64,000 nucleotides of DNA from an uncultured Solirubrobacteraceae bacterium. Its GTDB lineage: Bacteria > Actinomycetota > Thermoleophilia > Solirubrobacterales > Solirubrobacteraceae. The stretch lies in NCBI GenBank assembly GCA_964588985.1, contig CAZPQW010000009.1:1-64000 (forward strand), given 5' to 3'. The notes beneath the pieces are model-generated. The model did not search any database. It worked only from the letters and a program-made list of their open reading frames with translations, and was not told the origin of the DNA. The first letter of the stretch is position 1; each line of letters opens with the position of its first letter. Positions 39,124 through 49,080 of this stretch are shown here, piece after piece. Made by a program: the position numbers and the translations under genes.

Positions 39124-39202
39124 CCGCCAGGCGACAGCGCACGTTCATGTCAGTCAAGGCGCAGCTGATGTAGACGACTGTCTCCATCGCTAGCGTGTGG
39201 GA

Positions 39203-39541
39203 ATGACCATTGCATACGCCGATGAGGCGATCCATATCCGCGATACCGGCCACCTCTCGGACCTTGACATCGCGCGAGCGACCGGTGCAGCTCCGAGCAC
39301 TGTGCGCGAATGGCTCTCACGCAGGAGCACCCCGAGCGGAGTGCGAGCCGAGCGTGTACTTGAGCTCTCATCGTTGGTCGAACGTCTCGCGCGAGTCATG
39401 CGTCCGACTTACATTCCTGTATGGCTGAGCAAGCCAGTCCCAGCACTTCAGGACGACAAGCCGATAGACCGTATAGCTAGAGGCGATTACCGCGCCGTCG
39501 CCCGCCTAATTGCTGGCATCGAGTACCCAGGCGCAAGCTGA
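39203..39541 (+). CDS. Xre/MbcA/ParS-type antitoxin (HTH + toxin-binding domain), no adjacent toxin
   Basis: HTH DIARATGAAPSTVREWL; C-terminal WLSKPVPALQDDKPIDRIARG. Confidence 0.85.
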   Translation: MTIAYADEAIHIRDTGHLSDLDIARATGAAPSTVREWLSRRSTPSGVRAERVLELSSLVERLARVMRPTYIPVWLSKPVPALQDDKPIDRIARGDYRAVARLIAGIEYPGAS

Positions 39542-39608
39542 CGCGACACTCGACTTCGATGCGTCGATGAGCTCTGCTCCGCGCTAGCGAAACGATCTGT
39601 TCAGCGCG

Positions 39609-40457
39609 TCACTCGCCGCCCGGTGGCCATGACCGCAGCGGCCGGCCTATTTCCCAATGGTGCCCAAACGGGTCGACGATCCTCCCGAGACGCCAGCCAT
39701 GTTCGTCGCCCACAGCGCGGACCTCGCTCGCGCCGGCGACTATTGCGCAGGCGGTCACAGCGTCTGGGTCGTCCACCACGAGCAGCAGCCTCGCTGAGCC
39801 TCCGTTCAGCGTCTCTGGGCTGAAGTTGAGGTGCTCGGGCGACTCGTCGGCGACCCAGAACGACGTGGCGCCAACGGAGAGCTGCGAGACGACCGGCTCG
39901 TGCTCGTCGGTGCCCCCGACCCGGTAGATCTCCCTCGCTCCGAACGCCTCGACGTAGAACGCGACCGCCTCGCGACCGCGCCGGACCGAGAGCTGAGCCG
40001 CAACGCCGCCGAGGTCACCCACACCGATCTCACGGAGGTGCGCCACGTTTGCACGATCGTCCGCCTCCGCGCTGGGCAGGGCCTCGAACCAGGCGTCGAG
40101 GATCTCGCCGAGCAGCGCCTGCGAGGTGCTGCGCAGGCTGAGCGCGAGCACGTTCGCGTCGTTCCACTTCCGCGCGCCCTCCGCGGTCGCGGCATCGCCA
40201 CACAGTGCTGCACGCACGCCGTCCACCTTGTTCGCGGCGATCGACGCGCCCGTGCCCGTCCAGCAGCACACGATCCCCTGCTCGGCGCGCCCCTCCGCCA
40301 CGTCGTGGGCGACTACCTCCGAGGCCCACGCCCAATCGTCGCGCTCGCCGTCCTTCAGCGCCCCGTGCGTGAGCGTCTGGTGCCCGCGCCCCTCCAGCTC
40401 CACCGCCAGCGCGGACGCGATCCCCGTGAGCTCGTCCGCGGAGATCGAGATCAGCAT
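39609..40457 (-). CDS. RpiB/LacAB-family isomerase fused to a VOC (glyoxalase/PhnB-like) domain
   Basis: GIVCCWTGTGASIAANKVDGVRAA...WNDANVL, then AVAFYVEAFGA...DEHGWRLGRIVDPFGHHW. Confidence 0.85.
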   Translation of the reverse strand: MLISISADELTGIASALAVELEGRGHQTLTHGALKDGERDDWAWASEVVAHDVAEGRAEQGIVCCWTGTGASIAANKVDGVRAALCGDAATAEGARKWNDANVLALSLRSTSQALLGEILDAWFEALPSAEADDRANVAHLREIGVGDLGGVAAQLSVRRGREAVAFYVEAFGAREIYRVGGTDEHEPVVSQLSVGATSFWVADESPEHLNFSPETLNGGSARLLLVVDDPDAVTACAIVAGASEVRAVGDEHGWRLGRIVDPFGHHWEIGRPLRSWPPGGE

Positions 40458-40462
40458 GAGGA

Positions 40463-41074
40463 CTACTCCGTCACCGGTTGCGCTGCCGTCGCGTCCATGC
40501 CGGAGTGCGACCTCGCCAGCGCGAGGAACAGCCGGTGGAGCCGGTCGTCGTCTCCGAGCTCCGCGTGAAAGGCGACCGCGATCATGTTGCCCTCGCGCGC
40601 TGCCACCGCGTGACCGTCAACCTCACCGAGGATCTCCACGCCTGGGCCGTGCTCGGCGATCCACGGCGCGCGGATGAAGATCCCGTGGATCGGCCCACCA
40701 TCGAGCCCACGCATGGCCACATCGGCCTCGAAGCTGCGGATCTGTCGACCGAACGCGTTGCGCTCCGCCTGGAAGTCCATCAAGCCGAGGTGGTCGCGAT
40801 CGAGCATGATCAGCCCTGCGCACGACCCCAGCACCGGCGCACCCGTCGCCGCGAACTCCCGCAGCGGCTCCGCGAGACCCTCACGCTCGACGCCGAGCGT
40901 CATCGTGGTCGACTCCCCGCCGGGTACGACCAGCCCGTCGAGGCCGTCGAGGTCTCTCGGCACGCGCACCTGGCGCGTGTCCGCGCCAAGGCCGTGCAGC
41001 ATCTGTTCGTGCGCCTCGAAGCCGCCCTGCAGCGCGAGAACGCCGACCAGGGGTGCGTCGCTCGGCGCTACCAA
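40463..41074 (-). CDS. pdxT: PLP synthase glutaminase subunit
   Basis: GVLALQG, PGGESTT, GSCAG, RNAFGRQ, FIRAP, FHAEL. Confidence 0.96.
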   Translation of the reverse strand: MVAPSDAPLVGVLALQGGFEAHEQMLHGLGADTRQVRVPRDLDGLDGLVVPGGESTTMTLGVEREGLAEPLREFAATGAPVLGSCAGLIMLDRDHLGLMDFQAERNAFGRQIRSFEADVAMRGLDGGPIHGIFIRAPWIAEHGPGVEILGEVDGHAVAAREGNMIAVAFHAELGDDDRLHRLFLALARSHSGMDATAAQPVTE

Positions 41075-41952
41075 CCGCGCTGCGCTAGGAGCTGCTCGTC
41101 CTCGAGCTTGGAGCTCTCGAGGCTCACCATCGGCGTGCCCAGCCCGCGCGAGGCCTCTGTGACGCGCGCGGCGTCCTGCCAGTGCGTGGTCGCCTCCACG
41201 ATCGCCCGCGCCCGTGTGGGCGGGTCTTCGGACTTGAAGATGCCCGAGCCCACGAACACGCCTTCAGCGCCCAATGCCATCATCAGCGCGGCGTCCGCCG
41301 GCGTGGCGATGCCGCCGGCGCAGAACAGCACCACGGGGAGACGTCCGCCGACCGCCACGCTGCGCACAAGATCGACCGGCGCGGAGATCTCCTTCGCGGC
41401 CGTCGCGACCTCATCCGGGCCGAGCGTCGCCAGGCGGCGGATTTCGCCGGTGATCTGGCGCATGTGGCGCACCGCCTCGACGATGTCGCCCGTGCCGGCC
41501 TCGCCCTTGGAGCGGATCATCGCCGCGCCCTCACCGATCCGGCGCAGCGCCTCGCCGAGGTTCGTAGCGCCGCACACGAACGGCGCCTTGAAGTCCCACT
41601 TGTCGATGTGGTTGGCCTCGTCCGCAGGCGTCAACACCTCGGACTCGTCGATGTAGTCCACCTCGAGCGACTCCAGCACGCGCGCCTCCATGAAGTGGCC
41701 GATCCGCGCCTTCGCCATCACCGGGATCGAAACCGCCTCCTGGATGCCCGCGATCATCTCCGGGTCCGACATCCGCGCCACGCCGCCGTCGCGGCGGATG
41801 TCCGCGGGCACGCGCTCCAGCGCCATCACCGCGGCCGCTCCCGCGTCCTCGGCGACCTTCGCCTGCTCAGGCGTGACCACGTCCATGATCACGCCGCCCT
41901 TGAGCATCTCCGCCAGGCCGGTCTTGACCCGGAATGTCGCCTCGTCGCGCAT
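41068..41952 (-). CDS. pdxS: PLP synthase lyase subunit
   Basis: [46 protein letters not shown]. Confidence 0.98.
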   Translation of the reverse strand: MRDEATFRVKTGLAEMLKGGVIMDVVTPEQAKVAEDAGAAAVMALERVPADIRRDGGVARMSDPEMIAGIQEAVSIPVMAKARIGHFMEARVLESLEVDYIDESEVLTPADEANHIDKWDFKAPFVCGATNLGEALRRIGEGAAMIRSKGEAGTGDIVEAVRHMRQITGEIRRLATLGPDEVATAAKEISAPVDLVRSVAVGGRLPVVLFCAGGIATPADAALMMALGAEGVFVGSGIFKSEDPPTRARAIVEATTHWQDAARVTEASRGLGTPMVSLESSKLEDEQLLAQRGW

Positions 41953-42033
41953 GCCCGAGAGTCTACCCAGCGGCCGGGCGATCGCCCGATGCGCCACGCG
42001 ACCACACACGCCGCGCTCGATAGCCTGTGGATC

Positions 42034-42234
42034 GTGAGCGATCCCACCCAGGCCGCGTCCAAGGCCACCCAGCGCCTCGTGTTGGCCGCCCTGATCCTGC
42101 TCTACGTCGTGTACGTGATCGTGGCGGGAGCCGGAGGCCTGCTCGTGCTCCCAGTCGGGGCGTTCCTGCTGCTCGCCGCCGGCTATCTCGTCTACGGGTG
42201 GTGGTCCGCCCGCGCCGAGAAGCCGGCCGGCTAG
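42034..42234 (+). CDS. Small 2-TM membrane protein
   Basis: 66 aa hydrophobic ORF from GTG, with TAGCCT -10 seven nt upstream. Confidence 0.65.
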   Translation: MSDPTQAASKATQRLVLAALILLYVVYVIVAGAGGLLVLPVGAFLLLAAGYLVYGWWSARAEKPAG

Positions 42235-42258
42235 AGCCGAACCGAGATCCTCTGCCGT

Positions 42259-42771
42259 TCAGTGCGAGCTGGCGCTGAACTGGATCGTGCCCGGCCCGCA
42301 GCTCGATGTGAACGTCCCGGTGACCTTTTGCGAGAACGTGATCGATCCCGTGGCGGCCTTCCGGCCCGTGAAGCGACCGCTCACCGCGATCGTCGTCGTC
42401 GTGGTCTGCCCGGCGACCGTGTAGTGGGACTTGGCCCCGGAGACCGAGAAGCGACCGGAAGCGGACACCTTGACGCTACTCACGTGAAGGATCGAGGAGC
42501 CTGTGTAGGGGTTCACGCCAGGCCGAAAGCCGCCCGCGCCGAAGCAGCCGAAGGTGCCGAAGCTGAAGCCCTTCAGCGAGCGCCCGTCCTGTGAGACCGT
42601 GAACTTGACCGGCGCGTAGAAGCCCAGGACCGGCGAGGCGCTCGTGCGGCCGGTGAAGTGCGCTCCATGCGCCGGCTTCACAGCGAGTGCGACCGCCGCG
42701 AAGGCGATCGCGCAGGCGATCGCGGTCAACGACCCAAAGACAATGCGGCGGACAGCAGCAGCGCGTTTCAT
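42259..42771 (-). CDS. Secreted hypothetical protein
   Basis: Signal peptide, GGGAG SD, beta-rich with two mature Cys. Confidence 0.75.
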   Translation of the reverse strand: MKRAAAVRRIVFGSLTAIACAIAFAAVALAVKPAHGAHFTGRTSASPVLGFYAPVKFTVSQDGRSLKGFSFGTFGCFGAGGFRPGVNPYTGSSILHVSSVKVSASGRFSVSGAKSHYTVAGQTTTTTIAVSGRFTGRKAATGSITFSQKVTGTFTSSCGPGTIQFSASSH

Positions 42772-42953
42772 GCGATCTCCCTAACTTGAAGTCAAGATGC
42801 CAGAAGATACCCAACCGGCAAGACCGCGTGACGACCGGGGCGATGTCGTTCCTCCCCAACCCAACGCCCCAGCCAAAGCGGAGTCTCGAGATCAGGCTCT
42901 CGCCCGCAGCGAAGCTGCCGCGAGAGATGAGCTCGAGACGGAGCGCCTAGCGC

Positions 42954-43844
42954 CTACTTCAAGCGGAACGCCTTGATCCGGTCGTCGTACTGCGCGGTGT
43001 CCTGCGCGTACACGCCGTAGGCGAGTGCCTGGATGATGCTCAGCAGCGCGGTGTGCGAGCGCACGTACGCGGGGCTGTTGGACGAGTAGTAGAGCTTGAT
43101 CTGCGCGAGCTTCGCGACCTCGGAGAGCGTCGCGTCGGTGATCGCGGCGGTGTGCGCCTGACGGTGGCGCGCGAGCTTCATCGCGCGCACCACGAGCGGG
43201 TGCGGGCGCCCGGCGGAGAGCCCGATGACGAGCGTGCCGGGGTCGATGCGCCCGAGGCGGCTGAGCGCCTCCTGGGATGGGCTCGCGACGACGTCGACGC
43301 GCAGGTCGAGGAGCATCAGCAGGTGGCGCAGGTAGCTGGCGAAGAACGCCATCTGGTCGGTGCCCGCGACGAGCACCTTCTCCGCGCTGACGATCGCCTC
43401 GATGAGCGCGTCGACGGAGCTGCGGGAAACCTTGCGCGCGGTCTCCTCCACGTTCAGGTGGTCGGCCGCGAGCGCGGCCTCGAACTCGTTCTGGTCGAGT
43501 GAGAACAGCGGTGCCGAAGAAGACGATGTGCTCTCCTGCGCGGCCTTCGCGTTCACGCGCCGGTATTCCTCGCGCGCCGCGGCCTGCAGCTCGGGGAAGC
43601 CCTCGAAGCCGAGCGCCTGCGAGAAGCGCACCACGGTCGAGCTGGAGGTGTTCGCGCGACGGGCGAGCTCCTCCGCGGTCTGGAACGCGGCCTCGTCCAA
43701 ATGGTCGACGATGTACTGCGCGACGTCCTTCTGCGAGCGCGAGCACTCGTCGAATCGCGCCTGGATGTACTTGGAGAGACTCTGGTGCTCGCTGGTCCCG
43801 TTTGCGGGCGGACGCTCTGGTGTCTTGGTGGCAGCTCTCTTCAT
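42954..43844 (-). CDS. MurR/RpiR family transcriptional regulator
   Basis: HTH ELARRANTSSSTVVRFSQALGFEGFPEL plus SIS domain (AITD). Confidence 0.92.
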   Translation of the reverse strand: MKRAATKTPERPPANGTSEHQSLSKYIQARFDECSRSQKDVAQYIVDHLDEAAFQTAEELARRANTSSSTVVRFSQALGFEGFPELQAAAREEYRRVNAKAAQESTSSSSAPLFSLDQNEFEAALAADHLNVEETARKVSRSSVDALIEAIVSAEKVLVAGTDQMAFFASYLRHLLMLLDLRVDVVASPSQEALSRLGRIDPGTLVIGLSAGRPHPLVVRAMKLARHRQAHTAAITDATLSEVAKLAQIKLYYSSNSPAYVRSHTALLSIIQALAYGVYAQDTAQYDDRIKAFRLK

Positions 43845-43977
43845 CGGCGGTTCTGTTCGACGTGTGCACATCGCACTCCTCCCCATCAAACGTCCAGCTC
43901 GCACAAATTGATCTGCGCGCACATACCGTGCGTACCTAAGCTCAGAGGATGTTCACCGCCACGAAAACCGCCCGCAC

Positions 43978-45234
43978 ATGAGAATCGCGATCGTCGGCGC
44001 GGGCGTCTCCGGGCTGGTGGCGGCGCACCTGCTGCACCGCGAGCATGAGATCGTCGTGTACGAGGCGGGCGCCTACGCGGGCGGGCACACGAACACGATC
44101 CGCGTCGACACCGCCGACGAGACACACCACGTGGACACGGGGTTCATCGTGATGAACGACCGCAACTACCCCAACTTCACCCGGCTGCTCGATCGACTCG
44201 GCGTGGCCACCCAGTCGACGCACATGAGCTTCTCGGTGAAGGGCGAGGAGGAGGACTTCGAGTACTGCGGCACGCCGCGCGGACTGTTCTGCCAGCCGCG
44301 CAACCTCGCGAGCGTGCGCTTCCAGCGGATGATCCTCGACCTGCTGCGCTTCAACCGCGAGCTGCGCCGCCTGCTCACACAAACCGAGGATGAGCGCGCC
44401 GTCGAGGAGTCGCTCGGGAGCTTCCTAGACCGCCACCGCTTCTCGCGCACGTTCGTAGAGCGGCTGATCGTGCCGCAGGCCTCCGCGGTGTGGTCCGCGG
44501 ACCCGCGCCAGATGCGAACGTTCCCGGTGCGCTTCCTCGCGGAGTTCTTCGCCAACCACGGCATGCTCGGCTTCCGCGACCGGCCGGACTGGTCGACCGT
44601 CGCGGGCGGCTCGGCGCGCTACGTCGACGCTCTCACCGCACCCTTCCTCGACGGCATCCGCCTGAGCACGCCGGTGCGCACGATCGCGCGCCACGCCGAG
44701 CACGTGGAGGTGAGTGCGACGGGCGGAGAGCCGGAGCGCTTCGACCACGTGATCGTGGCGACCCACTCCGACCAGGCGCTCGCGATGCTGAGCGACCCGA
44801 GCGCGGGCGAGGCCGACACACTCGGCGCGATTCCCTATCAGCGCAACGAGGCGGTTCTTCACACGGACAGCTCGCTGCTGCCGCGCAGGCGCGCGGCGCG
44901 CGCGGCGTGGAACTTTCACCTGCTGCGCGAGCCCAAGCCGCTCAGCACCGTCACCTATTACATGAACCACCTGCAGCAGCTGCGCGCGGACCGCGACTTC
45001 TGCGTGACGCTCAACCGCACCGAGGCGATCGACCCTGCGAAGATCATCCGCACGATCTCCTACTCCCACCCCGTGTTCACCCCCGCTGGAGTCGCCGCCC
45101 AGGCGCGGCACGCGGAGATCGGCGGCCTCGCGACCCGTACGCACTACTGCGGCGCGTACTGGGGCTGGGGATTTCACGAGGACGGCGTGCGCAGCGCCCT
45201 GCGTGCGTGCGAGCCTTTCGGGGTGTCGCTGTGA
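43978..45234 (+). CDS. FAD-dependent oxidoreductase (COG2907, Rv0449c/UfaD-like)
   Basis: GAGVSG, GGHTNT, VDTGFIVMN..NYPN, ATHSDQAL, GAYWGWGFHEDG. Confidence 0.92.
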   Translation: MRIAIVGAGVSGLVAAHLLHREHEIVVYEAGAYAGGHTNTIRVDTADETHHVDTGFIVMNDRNYPNFTRLLDRLGVATQSTHMSFSVKGEEEDFEYCGTPRGLFCQPRNLASVRFQRMILDLLRFNRELRRLLTQTEDERAVEESLGSFLDRHRFSRTFVERLIVPQASAVWSADPRQMRTFPVRFLAEFFANHGMLGFRDRPDWSTVAGGSARYVDALTAPFLDGIRLSTPVRTIARHAEHVEVSATGGEPERFDHVIVATHSDQALAMLSDPSAGEADTLGAIPYQRNEAVLHTDSSLLPRRRAARAAWNFHLLREPKPLSTVTYYMNHLQQLRADRDFCVTLNRTEAIDPAKIIRTISYSHPVFTPAGVAAQARHAEIGGLATRTHYCGAYWGWGFHEDGVRSALRACEPFGVSL

Positions 45235-46004
45235 ACAGCTGCCTGTACGAGGGGTCGATCCGTCACCGCCGCCACCGTGAGGTGGACGACGAGTTCCGCC
45301 ACCGGCTGTTCATGGTGTACCTCGACCTCGACGAGTTGCCGCAACTGTTCGACGGGCGCTGGCTGTGGTCAGCGCGCCGTCCCGCGGTTGCGTGGTTTCG
45401 CCGCCGCGACCACCTCGGCGATCCGCACGTGCCGTTGGCGGATGAGGTGCGCGCACTGGTGCTGGAGCGGACGGGCGTGCGCCCCGACGGCCCGATCCGT
45501 CTGCTTACGCACCTGCGCTACTTCGGTCACTGCTTCAACCCCGTGAGCTTCTACTACTGCCACGAGCGCTCGGGCGGGCGCGTGAGCGCGGTCGTGGCGC
45601 ACGTCACCAACACGCCGTGGGGCGAGAGCCACTCCTACGTGATGCCCGTGGCGGACACTGCCGACCATGGCAGCGTCGCGCTGATCCAGGGACGGGTGGA
45701 GAAGGAGCTGCACGTATCCCCACTGATGGGCATGGAGCACGTGTACGACTGGCGCCTGACGGAGCCCGGCGAGCGTCTGTCTGTGCACATCGAGTCGCTC
45801 GATCCGGACGGGCAGAGCGTGTTCGACGCGACGCTCGCGCTGCGCCGCCGCGATATCACCCAGCGCTCGCTCGCCGGCGCGCTCGCCCGCGACCCGTTCC
45901 TCACGGCGCGGATCGTCGCGCGGATCTACGCCCACGCGCTGCGGCTGCGTTTGCGCGGCGCGAGCTACTTCCCGCACCCCAGCCGAGGAGCGGCGACGAC
46001 GTGA
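45231..46004 (+). CDS. DUF1365 family protein
   Basis: LYEGSIRHRR, FNPVSFYYC, VTNTPWGE, KELHVSP. Confidence 0.92.
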   Translation: MNSCLYEGSIRHRRHREVDDEFRHRLFMVYLDLDELPQLFDGRWLWSARRPAVAWFRRRDHLGDPHVPLADEVRALVLERTGVRPDGPIRLLTHLRYFGHCFNPVSFYYCHERSGGRVSAVVAHVTNTPWGESHSYVMPVADTADHGSVALIQGRVEKELHVSPLMGMEHVYDWRLTEPGERLSVHIESLDPDGQSVFDATLALRRRDITQRSLAGALARDPFLTARIVARIYAHALRLRLRGASYFPHPSRGAATT

Positions 46005-47244
46005 CCGCCCGCATTGGGAGACTCGCGGACCGCATGGCCCGCCGGGTGGTGCTGCGGATGCTGCGCCGCGTCCGTCGCGGGCGACTGGAGATCTGCGAGG
46101 ACGATCAGCGGCTGGAGTTCGGCGAGTCCGCCGGCGAGGGCGTGCCGCACGCGCTCATACACGTGCGCTCCGCTCGCTTCTACCGCGACCTGCTGCGCGG
46201 CAGCGTGGGGCTGTGCGAGTCCTACGTGGACGGTCTGTGGGAGTGCGACGACCTCGTCGCGCTCACGCGCATCGCCGCGCTCAACGTCGGCGGCCTGGAC
46301 CGCCTGCGCCGGGTGCTCACCCCGGTGCTGATCCCCGTGCAGCGCTGGGCGCGGTGGCTCGCGCGCAACACGCCGCACCGCTCGCGCAAGCGCATCGCGG
46401 CGCACTACGACCTCGGCAACGAGATGTTCTCGCTGTTCCTCGACCCCACGATGATGTACTCGTGCGCGGTGTTCGAGGAGCCCGGCGCGACACTCGAAGA
46501 GGCGTCGCTCGCGAAGCTCCAGCGAGTGTGCGCGAAGCTGGATCTCGGACCCGAGGACCACGTGCTGGAGATCGGCACCGGTTGGGGCGGCTTCGCCGTT
46601 TACGCGGCAGAGCGCTACGGCTGCCGGGTGACGACCACGACGATCTCGCGCGAACAGCACGACTACGCCCAGCAGCGGGTCCGGGCCGCGGGCCTGGAGG
46701 ACCGCGTGACGGTGCTGCTGCAGGACTACCGGGAGCTGGAGGGCCGCTACGACAAGCTCGTGTCGATCGAGATGATCGAGGCGGTCGGCTGGCAGTACTT
46801 CCCCACGTTCTTCCGCCGCTGCTCGGATCTCCTGAAGGACGACGGCGCGATGTTGCTGCAGGCGATCGTGATCGAGGACAGCGCGTATGAGGTGGAGAAG
46901 GCCGGCAGGAGCTTCATCAACACGTACATCTTCCCCGGCGGCTGTCTCCCCTCGCTCGACGTGATCTCGCGCACGCTCGCCCGCGCGGGCGATCTGCGAC
47001 AGGTGCACTTGGAGGACATCACCGCGCACTACGCCACCACGCTCGCGCACTGGCGCGAGCGCTTCCTCGCGAGCGCCGAGCGCGTGGCGGAGCTGGGATA
47101 CGACGAGCGCTTCCGCAGACTGTGGGAGCTGTACCTGAGCTACTGCGAGGGCGGCTTTCGCGAGCGGCGCATCCAGGACGTGCAGCTCCTGCTGGCCAAG
47201 CCCGGCCACCACGCCGAGCCAGCGCCGGTAGTGTCCATCGCCGC

Positions 47245-47248
<4 letters not shown>
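46001..47248 (+). CDS. Cyclopropane-fatty-acyl-phospholipid synthase family methyltransferase
   Basis: HYDLGNE, MMYSCA, LEIGTGWG, SIEMIEAVG, YIFPGG. Confidence 0.93.
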
Positions 47249-48402
<1,154 letters not shown>

Positions 48403-48441
48403 GGGTCGGCGACGAGTGGGTTGAGAGCCGCATAGCCCATG

Positions 48442-48468
48442 AAAAGAGCGGGTCGCTGCCCGCTCTTT
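48442..48468. terminator. Intrinsic terminator, probably bidirectional
   Basis: AAAGAGCGGG-TCGCTG-CCCGCTCTTT; U-run follows the stem on both strands. Confidence 0.8.
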
Positions 48469-48623
48469 GTGATGACCGATGTTGGGTTGAGTTCTCCCCC
48501 AGTTTTCTAGACGAGCCCATCTTGACGTAGTGCGTGCCACCAAGATGAACGGCCCCGGCGGTTTGCAGCCCCCTTAGCTGCGTATTGGGTCTGGGCAATA
48601 TTTGGGGAGGCATCCGACAAAGC

Positions 48624-48791
48624 TCAGCTTCGGCCTTTGCTTCTCTTTACTCGGATGCTCGGGGGTAGGAGTTTCACCTCAATCTCGAAGCCCACGCCTA
48701 ACGGCACTTCACGCACGAGCACGCGATAGGCCACAAGGGCTGCGACGAGGAGGCTAACCTGCACCACGACCACGGTCGCGATGAAGGCCAT
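48624..48791 (-). CDS. Small 55-aa single-TM protein, absent from the ORF track
   Basis: MAFIATVVVVQVSLLVAALVAYRVLVREVPLGVGFEIEVKLLPPSIRVKRSKGRS; lies between a promoter and a terminator. Confidence 0.6.
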   Translation of the reverse strand: MAFIATVVVVQVSLLVAALVAYRVLVREVPLGVGFEIEVKLLPPSIRVKRSKGRS

Positions 48792-48794
48792 TAG

Positions 48795-48839
48795 CTAACC
48801 CCATACCCGATGATTCCCTGTTTTTGGCACCTGCCTCAT
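48795..48839 (-). CDS. 14-codon leader ORF, in frame with the small TM ORF
   Basis: AGGAGAG SD then ATG; MRQVPKTGNHRVWG-TAG-CTA-ATG. Confidence 0.45.
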   Translation of the reverse strand: MRQVPKTGNHRVWG

Positions 48840-48920
48840 GTCGTTTCACTCTCCTATCTCGGTCCGGTTGACCAAGCATCAGCCGTTGCCCCGGCTGACC
48901 ATCCTGTTTGTCCGAACAGT

Positions 48921-48949
48921 CTTATAGTCGAGAACATCGTTGACCGCAA
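48921..48949 (-). promoter_or_regulatory. Sigma70-type promoter
   Basis: TTGCGG-N17-TATAAG on the minus strand, about 80 nt upstream of the leader ORF. Confidence 0.6.
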
Positions 48950-49080
48950 GGAGCTTTAACGCGGTCTTCACATATGCCCCCTGTGACAACCGCCCGTTTA
49001 CAGCTTTCCCGCAAATTGCGACCAAGCCCGGCCTGGGCGATGTATTACGATCTGTTCACGAGCAACTGGCGGATGACCGC

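Noticed and set aside
39539-39570. Possible RES toxin remnant after the antitoxin
   Set aside because: Only about 10 codons from a CTG, with no RES motif; cannot be supported.
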